Source: Acidobacteriaceae bacterium | GTDB lineage: Bacteria > Acidobacteriota > Vicinamibacteria > Vicinamibacterales > CAVVIG01 | Assembly: GCA_031274845.1 (NCBI GenBank) | Contig: JAISPN010000015.1 | Location: 1-41,506, forward strand | Reading direction: 5' to 3' | DNA: 41,506 nucleotides | In this document: one piece after another, positions 30,318 through 41,390 of the stretch | Layout: each line of letters opens with the position of its first letter | Position numbering within the stretch: the first letter of the stretch is position 1 | Made by a program: the position numbers and the translations under genes | Notes under the pieces: model-generated | What the model was told of the DNA's origin: nothing | The model's database searches: none | The model's input: only the letters and a program-made list of their open reading frames with translations

Positions 30318-30345
30318 ATTATGGGGGAGAAATTTTGGTTGTCAA
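30318..30345 (-). promoter_or_regulatory. Near-consensus sigma70 promoter TTGACA-N16-CATAAT
   Basis: -35 at 30345-30340 and -10 at 30323-30318 (minus strand), in a locally AT-rich patch. Confidence 0.5.
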
Positions 30346-30376
30346 GCACAAATGCAGAGAATTTGTCAAAAAATTC

Positions 30377-33067
<2,691 letters not shown>

Positions 33068-33073
33068 GAAGCC

Positions 33074-34666
33074 ATGAACAATCTTCGTTGGAAGCTCGTT
33101 ATCACGATCGCGGTCACCTTGATCTTCGGTGCGGTCGGTGTCTATCCGATCGTCGCGTCGCGGTTTGGCGTGACGCAGCCGAAGTTCCTGATGGACCGGG
33201 CGATCAAACTCGGACTCGACTTGCGCGGGGGGGTGCACCTGGTGCTCCGCGTGCAGACCGACGATGCGTTGCGCGTCGAGACCGAGGCGGAAATGGAGCG
33301 GCTGCGCGATCGCCTCTCGACGGCGGGCATTTCGACGTCGAACCTGGCCGTCTCCAGTCCGACGTCGTTCATGGCGGAAGGCGTGTCTTCCGAGCAGGAC
33401 CCCGCGTTTCGAACCGCGGCGAACGATCTCAGCTCGAACTTCGAGCGCAACTCGGGCGTGAACGGCACCTACACCTTCGCGATGAAACCGAACGTCGTGG
33501 TGCAACTGCGCGAGGAAGCGGTGGTGCAGGCGCGCGAGACGATCGAACGCCGCGTCAACGAGCTGGGCGTCTCCGAGCCGAGCATCGCGCAGCAGGGCAC
33601 TGACGGCGATCAGATTCTGGTGCAGCTTCCGGGCGTGACCGATGTGAATCGCGCGAAGGAGATCATCCGTTCGACGGGACGTCTCGAGCTCAAGATCGTC
33701 GAGCGCACCGCGAGCACGCAGGACGAACTCCTCATCAACGGTCAGCCGCCCACCGGCATGGACATCGTGCCTGGCGCGGCCGATTACGGCGGCGGGACGC
33801 TCTACTACCTTGTGCGTCATGCGGCCGTGGTGACTGGCCGCGACCTGCGGAGCGCCCGCCCATCGCTCGACGAGAACAATCGCCCGGCGGTGGCCTTTAC
33901 GTTGACCACGGACGGCTCGGAGAAGTTCGGCCGGGCCACCGGCGAGAACATCGGCCGTCAGCTCGCGATCATCCTCGACGAGCGCGTGCAGTCGGCGCCG
34001 CGCATCGATGCGCGCATCACCGGGGAAGGGCGTATTTCCGGCAGCTTCACCAACGAAGCCGTGCAGAACCTGTCGCTGATTTTGCGGTCTGGCTCGTTGC
34101 CGGCGACGTTGACGTATCTGCAGGAGCGGACGATCGGTCCGAGCCTTGGCGCTGACGCGATTCGTTCAGGCGTGCTCGCCTCGGGGGTCGGGCTCGCGCT
34201 GATCATCGTGTTCATGCTGATCTACTACAAGCTGTCGGGTGTGAACGCGGTCGTCGCGCTGGTGTTGAACCTGGTCATCCTGCTCGGTCTGATGGCGTAC
34301 ATCGGAGCGGTCATGACGCTGCCCGGGATCGCTGGCTTCGTGTTGACGATGGGGATCGGCGTCGATTCGAACGTGCTCATCTTCGAACGCATCAAGGAAG
34401 AACTCGAGGCTGGACGCGGCGTGCGCGCGTCGGTCAACACCGGCTTCGGCCGCGTGTTCCTGACACTGCTCGATACGCACGTGGCCGCGCTCATCTCGGC
34501 GGCGTTTCTCATTCAGTTCGGCACCGGTCCGATTCGCGGCTTTGCCTACACGCTGATTCTCGGTCTCGTGTCGAATCTGTTCACCGCGACATTCGTGTCC
34601 AAAACCCTGTTCGAGCTGGTGTTGTCGCGGCAGCGTCAATCAGCCACGGCCACCCTTTCCATCTAG
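33074..34666 (+). CDS. secD: Protein translocase subunit SecD
   Basis: LGLDLRGG and the C-terminal 6-TM SecD/F domain. Confidence 0.95.
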   Translation: MNNLRWKLVITIAVTLIFGAVGVYPIVASRFGVTQPKFLMDRAIKLGLDLRGGVHLVLRVQTDDALRVETEAEMERLRDRLSTAGISTSNLAVSSPTSFMAEGVSSEQDPAFRTAANDLSSNFERNSGVNGTYTFAMKPNVVVQLREEAVVQARETIERRVNELGVSEPSIAQQGTDGDQILVQLPGVTDVNRAKEIIRSTGRLELKIVERTASTQDELLINGQPPTGMDIVPGAADYGGGTLYYLVRHAAVVTGRDLRSARPSLDENNRPAVAFTLTTDGSEKFGRATGENIGRQLAIILDERVQSAPRIDARITGEGRISGSFTNEAVQNLSLILRSGSLPATLTYLQERTIGPSLGADAIRSGVLASGVGLALIIVFMLIYYKLSGVNAVVALVLNLVILLGLMAYIGAVMTLPGIAGFVLTMGIGVDSNVLIFERIKEELEAGRGVRASVNTGFGRVFLTLLDTHVAALISAAFLIQFGTGPIRGFAYTLILGLVSNLFTATFVSKTLFELVLSRQRQSATATLSI

Positions 34667-34672
34667 TCAGTC

Positions 34673-35668
34673 ATGCACATTTTCAAGCACAGCAATTTCG
34701 ACTTCCTGCGCTGGCGCTGGCACGCGCTGGTGTTGTCGTGGGTCGTCATCATCGCGGGCCTCGCCGTCATCTGGACCAAAGGGGTGCCGCGCAGTATCGA
34801 GTTCGCGGGCGGCACGGCGCTTATCGTGCAGTTCGAGCAGCAGCCGTCTGTTGAACAGGTCCGCCACGGGCTCGACAGCTACGGCGAGAGCGTCATTCAG
34901 GCGTATGGCGATCCATCGCAGCGTCAGGTGCTCATTCGGGTGCCGACGAGCGGCGCCGAGTCGGGCGACCAGATGAGCATGACGAAGGAAGCGGTGACCG
35001 CCGCCTTGCAACATGCCAACCTGGGAAACTTCTCAATCGTCGGGACTGAAATCGTCAGCCCGACGGTCGGTCACGAGCTGACGACCAAGGGGACGTGGGC
35101 GACGGTGTTGTCGCTCATCGGCATTCTGGCCTACATCGCATTTCGTTATCAGTTGAGTTTCGCGGTCGGGGCTGTCGTGGCCACCTTGCACGACCTGCTG
35201 GTGACGCTGGCGCTGCTCGCTTTCTTCCGGTACGAGCTGTCGCTGAACGTCATCGCCGCCATCTTGACGGTGACCGGGTACTCGACCAACGACACGATCG
35301 TCATCTTCGACCGCGTCCGCGAGAACCTGCGCGGCATGCGGCGCGATTCGCTGAAAGATGTCATCAACGTGTCGATCAACCAGACGCTCGGTCGAACGGT
35401 GCTGACGGCTGGCACGGCGCTCCTGAGCGCGCTCGCGCTGTTCCTGTTTGGTGGAGAAGTGCTGCGCGGGTTCGCGTTCACGATGCTCGTCGGCATCATC
35501 ACCGGCACCTATTCGAGCGTCTTTGTCGCCGCGGCCATCGTTACCTTCTGGCGTGGCGAGGGGCCGACCAAGGCGGCCGCGCACGCGCCAGCCATGGCGG
35601 CGGCGTCCAACGCACCCCAGCAACCGACGCGCAAGGCCAAGCCGCAGCGCAAGGTGCGGGCTTCGTAG
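34673..35668 (+). CDS. secF: Protein translocase subunit SecF
   Basis: FDFLRWR N-terminus, SecD/F TM domain, GYSTNDTIVIFDRVREN. Confidence 0.95.
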   Translation: MHIFKHSNFDFLRWRWHALVLSWVVIIAGLAVIWTKGVPRSIEFAGGTALIVQFEQQPSVEQVRHGLDSYGESVIQAYGDPSQRQVLIRVPTSGAESGDQMSMTKEAVTAALQHANLGNFSIVGTEIVSPTVGHELTTKGTWATVLSLIGILAYIAFRYQLSFAVGAVVATLHDLLVTLALLAFFRYELSLNVIAAILTVTGYSTNDTIVIFDRVRENLRGMRRDSLKDVINVSINQTLGRTVLTAGTALLSALALFLFGGEVLRGFAFTMLVGIITGTYSSVFVAAAIVTFWRGEGPTKAAAHAPAMAAASNAPQQPTRKAKPQRKVRAS

Positions 35669-35677
35669 TCCCGGTCG

Positions 35678-36478
35678 TTGGCTCCCCTGCAAGCAGCCCT
35701 GCTCGGCGTGGTGCAGGGGCTTACCGAGTTTCTGCCGGTCTCCTCAACCGCTCATTTGCTTGTCAGTGAGCGCTTGCTCGGCTATGACGATCCGGGCAGC
35801 GTCTTCACCGAGATGATTCAGCTCGGGTCGATGTTCGCGATCCTCTGGCTCTACCGCGAGAAGATCATCGCGGTCGTCCGCGGGCTCCCATCCGACCGCG
35901 CCGCACGCCATTTCGCCCTGATGCTGTTTGTGGCCTTCGTGCCGGCGATTGTGGCCGGTCTGCTGTTGTCAGGCTGGGTCGAGCGTGTCCTTCACAAGAG
36001 TATTCCCGTCATGGCGACGGCATTCATCGTTGGCGGCGTGGTGATGCTGCTCGTCGAGCGGTTCAGGCCAACGCCCACGGTGACGCGCGTCGACGACACG
36101 TCGATTCCGCACGCGGCCGGGATCGGTCTGGCGCAGGTGCTGGCGCTTGTGCCGGGTGTCTCGCGATCGGGCGCCACGATCGTGGGTGGTCTGCTCATGC
36201 GATTGGAGCGGCCGGCGGCGGCGGAGTTTTCGTTCTTTCTCGCGATGCCCACACTCGCCGCGGCGTTCGCGCACAGCGCGATTGAATTGCGGCATCAGAT
36301 GACGCCGGATCGGTTCGCCGATATCGCGATTGGATTCGTGACGGCGTTTGTGGCGTCGGTCATCGTCGTTCGTCCGTTTCTCTCGTTCGTGCGCCGCTCC
36401 GGATTCCGGCTGTTCGCGTGGTACCGGATCGTGGCTGGCGCGCTGCTCCTCGCAGGCGTGGCCGCGGGATACCTTTGA
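35678..36478 (+). CDS. uppP: Undecaprenyl-diphosphate phosphatase
   Basis: GVVQGLTEFLPVSSTAHL and PGVSRSGATI motifs. TTG start. Confidence 0.92.
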   Translation: MAPLQAALLGVVQGLTEFLPVSSTAHLLVSERLLGYDDPGSVFTEMIQLGSMFAILWLYREKIIAVVRGLPSDRAARHFALMLFVAFVPAIVAGLLLSGWVERVLHKSIPVMATAFIVGGVVMLLVERFRPTPTVTRVDDTSIPHAAGIGLAQVLALVPGVSRSGATIVGGLLMRLERPAAAEFSFFLAMPTLAAAFAHSAIELRHQMTPDRFADIAIGFVTAFVASVIVVRPFLSFVRRSGFRLFAWYRIVAGALLLAGVAAGYL

Positions 36479-36479
36479 C

Positions 36480-37097
36480 ATGCAGTGGCTGCGCCGCCGG
36501 TTCATTGCCGGGTTCTTCATCATCGTGCCGCTCTTCATCACCGTGGCGGCGTTCGTGTGGGTGTTTGGCAGAGTCGATGGTCTAGTCGAGCCGTTCTACG
36601 AGCGGCTCCTGGGGCAGCGCGTACCGGGGCTCGGCATCGTGACGACGATGGTGGTGGTGCTGCTCGTCGGTGTGTTCGCGACAAACGTCGTCGGCCGGCA
36701 GTTGCTGCAGCGCGCCGATGGCTATCTCCTCCGCGTGCCGGTGTTCAAGACGATCTACGCGCCGGTCAAGCAGCTCATCGTTGCGTTTTCTCCCGACAAC
36801 GAATTTGGATTCAAGCGTGTCGTGTTGCTTGAGGGGAAGTCACAATATTCGCTGGGGTTCCTCACTAAGGAGTTCACGGTCGAGCGCGGGCAGGGGCCGC
36901 AGCCGTTTGTGGCGGTGTACGTGCCGACGAATCACCTGTATCTGGGGGACATCGTCATCATCGAGCAGGAGCGTGTGATTTTTCCCGATATCACCGTTGA
37001 AGAAGGGCTCCGCATCTTCCTGACGGGCGGGATGGCGTTGCCGGACGGCGTTCGGGAATCGCGCGATGAGGATCAGACGCAGGAGTTCCGAGTATAA
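36480..37097 (+). CDS. DUF502 family membrane protein
   Basis: Two N-terminal TM segments, then FKTIYAPVKQL.... ATG at 36480 lies just after the uppP stop. Confidence 0.75.
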   Translation: MQWLRRRFIAGFFIIVPLFITVAAFVWVFGRVDGLVEPFYERLLGQRVPGLGIVTTMVVVLLVGVFATNVVGRQLLQRADGYLLRVPVFKTIYAPVKQLIVAFSPDNEFGFKRVVLLEGKSQYSLGFLTKEFTVERGQGPQPFVAVYVPTNHLYLGDIVIIEQERVIFPDITVEEGLRIFLTGGMALPDGVRESRDEDQTQEFRV

Positions 37098-37162
37098 TCC
37101 GTCGTTTTCTATTGTGAGACTGGCCCGCTTTTGACGGGGCCGACTATCGAGCGAGAGGTGAG

Positions 37163-39640
37163 ATGAGCGCGACCGTGCAAAGATTCGTCGGACGCCTGGC
37201 CGTCCTCGTGATGTTCTTCGGGGTGATGTCATCCGCAAGCCGCGTGATGTTCGCGCAGGAGGCGGCGCCGGTTCACCATGGCGGCGAAGCGTCGCTCGTC
37301 GTGCCCGATCTGTCGTCGGTGACGTTTGCGGGCGGAATCGATGGGCACACGCTGCTCATGACTGGCCTTGTCGTCAGCGCCCTTGGCCTGCTGTTCGGCC
37401 TCCTGACCTTCACCCAGCTGAAAAATCTGCCGGTCCACAGCTCGATGCGCGAAGTATCGGAGCTGATTTACGAGACCTGCAAGACCTACCTCACGACACA
37501 GGGCCGCTTCATCATGGTGCTCTGGGCGTTCATCGCGGTGATCATCGCCGCGTATTTCGGCTGGCTCTCGCCGGTGCCGAACAAGCCCGTGGGGCTGACG
37601 CTCGGGATCATCCTGCTGTTCTCGCTCGTCGGCATCGCGGGCAGCTACGGCGTCGCGTGGTTCGGCATCCGCGTGAACACGTTCGCCAATTCACGCGCGG
37701 CCTTCGCGAGCCTTCGTGGCAAGCCGTTCCCGACGTATGCGATTCCGCTGCGCGCCGGGATGAGCATCGGTATGCTCCTCATCAGCGTCGAACTGCTGCT
37801 GATGCTGTTCATCCTGCTGTTCGTGCCGGGCGACTACGCGGGCCCGTGCTTCATCGGCTTTGCCATCGGTGAATCGCTTGGCGCCGCGGCGCTCCGCATT
37901 GCCGGCGGCATCTTCACGAAGATCGCCGACATCGGCTCCGACCTGATGAAAATCGTCTTCAACATCAAGGAAGACGACGCGCGGAACCCGGGCGTGATCG
38001 CGGACTGCACCGGCGACAACGCTGGCGATTCGGTCGGTCCGAGCGCTGACGGTTTCGAGACGTACGGCGTGACGGGCGTGGCGCTCATCTCGTTCATCCT
38101 GCTGGCGGTGCGCAACCCCACGGTTCAGGTCCAACTGCTCGTCTGGATCTTCGTGATGCGCATCATGATGGTGATCGCGAGCGGGCTGTCGTACTTCATC
38201 AACGAAACGATCGCCAAAGGGAAATACGGCGACGTCGACAAGATGAACTTCGAGGCGCCGCTCACCTCTCTCGTGTGGCTCACCTCGATCATCTCGGTCG
38301 TCCTCACCTACGTTGTGTCGTACGTGCTGATTCCAAATCTTGGCGACGGCACGATCTGGTGGAAGCTGTCGACGGTGATCACGTGCGGCACGCTGGCTGG
38401 CGCGATCATTCCCGAGTTCGTCAAGGTGTTCACCTCCACCGAGTCGAGCCATGTGAAGGAAGTGGTGATCTCGTCGAAAGAAGGCGGGGCGTCGCTCAAC
38501 ATCCTGTCAGGCTTCGTGGCCGGGAACTTCAGCGCCTACTGGTTGGGCCTCAGTATCGTCACCTTGATGGGGATTGCCTATCTGGTGAGCCTGCAGGGCC
38601 TCGAATCGCTGATGCTCGCGCCCGCGGTGTTTGCGTTCGGTCTCGTCGCGTTCGGCTTCCTCGGCATGGGGCCGGTCACGATTGCGGTCGACTCGTACGG
38701 CCCGGTGACCGACAACGCGCAGTCGGTGTTCGAGCTTTCAGTTATCGAAGGCGTGCCCGGCATCAAGGAGCAGCTCAAGAAGGAATTTGGCTTCGACGTG
38801 AAGTTCGATCGCGCGAAGGAGCTGCTCGAAGAGAACGACGGGGCGGGCAATACGTTCAAGGCGACGGCAAAGCCGGTGCTGATTGGCACGGCGGTCGTCG
38901 GCGCGACGACGATGATCTTCTCGATCATCGTGTCGTTGACGTCAGGGCTGACGCAGGATCTGGACAAGCTGTCGCTGCTCCATCCGCCGTTCGTCCTTGG
39001 CCTCATCACGGGCGGCGCGATGATCTACTGGTTCACGGGCGCGTCGGCGCAGGCGGTGACCACGGGCGCCTATCGCGCGGTCGAGTTCATCAAGGCGAAC
39101 ATTCGTCTCGATGGCATCGAGAAAGCTTCGGTGACGGACAGCAAGAAGGTGGTGGAGATCTGCACGCAGTACGCGCAGAAGGGGATGTTCAACATCTTCC
39201 TCACCGTCTTCTTCGCGACGCTCGCCTTTGCGTTCGTTGAGCCCTATTTCTTCATTGGCTACCTGGTGTCGATTGCGCTCTTCGGGTTGTACCAGGCGAT
39301 TTTCATGGCCAACGCGGGTGGCGCTTGGGACAATGCCAAGAAAATTGTCGAAGTTGAGCTGAAGGCCAAGGGGACGCCGCTGCATGCCGCGACGGTTGTG
39401 GGCGATACGGTCGGCGATCCGTTCAAGGACACCTCATCGGTGGCGATGAACCCGGTCATCAAGTTCACGACGCTGTTCGGGCTGCTGGCGGTTGAACTGG
39501 CCGTCAAGTTGTCGACGGATGCCGGGGCGGGCGTGAGCCACGTGCTGGCGGCTGTATTCTTCGCGTTGTCGTTGTTCTTTGTCTGGCGATCGTTCTACGG
39601 TATGCGGATTGGCGGCGCGGACCAGACATCCGGGCATTGA
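37163..39640 (+). CDS. hppA: Membrane-bound ion-translocating pyrophosphatase
   Basis: GDNAGDSVGP, DNAKK and GDTVGDPFKDTSS motifs. About 16 TM segments. Confidence 0.95.
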   Translation: MSATVQRFVGRLAVLVMFFGVMSSASRVMFAQEAAPVHHGGEASLVVPDLSSVTFAGGIDGHTLLMTGLVVSALGLLFGLLTFTQLKNLPVHSSMREVSELIYETCKTYLTTQGRFIMVLWAFIAVIIAAYFGWLSPVPNKPVGLTLGIILLFSLVGIAGSYGVAWFGIRVNTFANSRAAFASLRGKPFPTYAIPLRAGMSIGMLLISVELLLMLFILLFVPGDYAGPCFIGFAIGESLGAAALRIAGGIFTKIADIGSDLMKIVFNIKEDDARNPGVIADCTGDNAGDSVGPSADGFETYGVTGVALISFILLAVRNPTVQVQLLVWIFVMRIMMVIASGLSYFINETIAKGKYGDVDKMNFEAPLTSLVWLTSIISVVLTYVVSYVLIPNLGDGTIWWKLSTVITCGTLAGAIIPEFVKVFTSTESSHVKEVVISSKEGGASLNILSGFVAGNFSAYWLGLSIVTLMGIAYLVSLQGLESLMLAPAVFAFGLVAFGFLGMGPVTIAVDSYGPVTDNAQSVFELSVIEGVPGIKEQLKKEFGFDVKFDRAKELLEENDGAGNTFKATAKPVLIGTAVVGATTMIFSIIVSLTSGLTQDLDKLSLLHPPFVLGLITGGAMIYWFTGASAQAVTTGAYRAVEFIKANIRLDGIEKASVTDSKKVVEICTQYAQKGMFNIFLTVFFATLAFAFVEPYFFIGYLVSIALFGLYQAIFMANAGGAWDNAKKIVEVELKAKGTPLHAATVVGDTVGDPFKDTSSVAMNPVIKFTTLFGLLAVELAVKLSTDAGAGVSHVLAAVFFALSLFFVWRSFYGMRIGGADQTSGH

Positions 39641-39641
39641 C

Positions 39642-39714
39642 CCGATTTTTAAAATTCGGTGTCTAAGCGACCAGGACTTTGCATTGACGCGCCGAATTTT
39701 GGCTGATTATAATC
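39642..39714 (+). promoter_or_regulatory. tonB upstream region: promoter TTGACG-N18-TATAAT (39684-39713) embedded in CCGA(A/T)TTTT half-site repeats
   Basis: CCGATTTTT/AAAATTCGG palindrome at 39642-39659, CCGAATTTT at 39692-39700, GATTATAATC palindrome at 39705-39714. Confidence 0.4.
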
Positions 39715-39796
39715 GCCGTCTTTGTGCGGCCTCGCGAACCCGGTGGCGGGATGCGCGGCGCACTGATTCGAAGAAGACTCAGAGGGAGACCTAATC

Positions 39797-40528
39797 GTGG
39801 CACGTGACATGTTCGGCGATGTGGTGGACCCATCCGTCAAGGTGGGCAGCCGGAGCTGGTATACAGTTCCGCTGTCGATCCTCGTGCATAGCGTGGTCCT
39901 TGGCGCGGTGATCATCATTCCGCTGATGGCGGCAGATGTGTTACCGACTCCACCATCGATGATGGCGTTCGTGGCGGCTCCGCCGCCCCCTCCGCCCCCT
40001 CCGCCACCCCCGCCGCCCCCGCCGCCGCCGACTCAGGCTCCCCCGCCGAAGGTCGAAGTGAATCCGGCGGCCGCGCCGGTTGAAGCGCCCAAGGAAATCA
40101 AGCCGGAAACGGGCATCGAACAGGGTGTCAAGGGTGCGGTTGGTGGGATTGAAGGCGGTGTCGTCGGTGGAGTCACCGGCGGGATCGTGGGTGGCCTCGA
40201 AGCGGCGCCACCGCCACCACCGCCGCCACCACCGCCACCGCAGGCGGTGCGCGTGGGTGGGGCTATCAAGCCACCGACTCAGCTGAAGCGCGTGAACCCT
40301 GTGTATCCGCCAATTGCACAGTCCGCGCGCGTGCAAGGCGTGGTGATCATCGAGGCGACGATCGGTCCCGATGGCCACGTGCAAGACGCGAAAGTGCTTC
40401 GATCGATTCCGCTGCTTGACGCGGCGGCGCTCGATGCGGTGAGGCAGTGGGTGTACACGCCGACCACGCTGAACGGAACGCCGGTGCCGGTCATCATGAC
40501 GGTGACGGTGAACTTTACGCTGCAATAG
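39797..40528 (+). CDS. tonB: Energy transducer TonB
   Basis: GTG start after GAGGGAGA. N-terminal TM segment, Pro runs, C-terminal TonB domain (VNPVYPPIAQSARVQGVV...YTPT..NG.PV). Confidence 0.85.
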   Translation: MARDMFGDVVDPSVKVGSRSWYTVPLSILVHSVVLGAVIIIPLMAADVLPTPPSMMAFVAAPPPPPPPPPPPPPPPPPTQAPPPKVEVNPAAAPVEAPKEIKPETGIEQGVKGAVGGIEGGVVGGVTGGIVGGLEAAPPPPPPPPPPPQAVRVGGAIKPPTQLKRVNPVYPPIAQSARVQGVVIIEATIGPDGHVQDAKVLRSIPLLDAAALDAVRQWVYTPTTLNGTPVPVIMTVTVNFTLQ

Positions 40529-40604
40529 TTAGAACGCAAGGCGACAACAAGTAGTAACGAAATCTCATGGTGAGACGGCTTTTCGTCTCGATGGAGGATG
40601 GACC

Positions 40605-41276
40605 GTGGACCTGATGGAAATGTACGCCCAGATGACAATCGTCGCGAAGGCAGTTGCTTTCGTGCTGATTATCATGTCGATGTGGTCGCTTGGCGTGGGT
40701 ATCGAGCGCTTCTTCACCTACCAGCAGGCCAAGAATCAGTCAAAGCTCTTCGCGCCGCAGGTTGCCAAGCACCTCAAGGAAGGGCGTCTGAAGGACGCAG
40801 TGGCACTCTCGTCCTCCAAGAATTACCGCTATAGCCACCTCGCGAAAGTCGTGCTTGCCGGCTTGCAGGAATATCAGTTCCAGCAAGAATCGAATCAAGG
40901 CCTGAGCCGCGAAGATGTCATGGACACCGTTCGCCGCGCGATTCAGCGCGCGTCGGCGCTCACCGCGTCGGACCTGAAGAAGGGCGTTCCGGCGCTTGCG
41001 ACCATCGGCTCGACGGCGCCGTTCGTCGGTCTGCTCGGCACGGTCGTCGGCGTCATCAACGCGTTCCAGGGCATCGGCGCGAGCGGTTCGGCTGGTATCG
41101 GCGCCGTGTCGGTCGGTATTTCGGAAGCGCTCGTCGAGACCGCGCTTGGTCTGGTCGTCGCGATTCCGGCGGTGTGGATCTACAACTACCTCACCGCGCG
41201 CATCGAGTACTTCAACGTCGAGATGGACAACTCGTCGTCGGAACTCGTCGACTACTTCATCCGGAAGACCGCGTAG
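40605..41276 (+). CDS. exbB: MotA/TolQ/ExbB proton channel protein
   Basis: Three TM segments and GLLGTVVGVINAF. GGAGG lies 6 nt upstream of the GTG. Confidence 0.88.
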   Translation: MDLMEMYAQMTIVAKAVAFVLIIMSMWSLGVGIERFFTYQQAKNQSKLFAPQVAKHLKEGRLKDAVALSSSKNYRYSHLAKVVLAGLQEYQFQQESNQGLSREDVMDTVRRAIQRASALTASDLKKGVPALATIGSTAPFVGLLGTVVGVINAFQGIGASGSAGIGAVSVGISEALVETALGLVVAIPAVWIYNYLTARIEYFNVEMDNSSSELVDYFIRKTA

Positions 41277-41340
41277 GAACGTTGAAAGCGCAAAGGTCGA
41301 ATCGCAAACGTCGTGACGCACACCAACGTGGCTGTCGTGG

Positions 41341-41374
41341 CTTTTGCGATTTGACGGTTGCTTTTTGCGATTTG
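41341..41374. repeat. Direct repeat CTTTTGCGATTTG / CTTTTTGCGATTTG in the exbB-exbD spacer
   Basis: 41341-41353 and 41361-41374. An inverted copy AATCGCAAA lies at 41300-41308. Confidence 0.5.
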
Positions 41375-41390
41375 TAGGGAGATATAGCCC

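Noticed and set aside
30041-30349. Track ORFs 30041-30280 (+, 79 aa) and 30149-30349 (-, 66 aa) as possible proteins of the orphan locus.
   Set aside because: Neither has an SD. The minus ORF starts inside the predicted -35/-10 promoter, and the plus ORF starts downstream of a strong terminator with no promoter. Their composition is unprotein-like.
39975-40245. CCG/CCC-rich repetitive DNA considered as a tandem-repeat or CRISPR-like array.
   Set aside because: It is in-frame polyproline coding sequence of TonB. It has no repeat-spacer periodicity.
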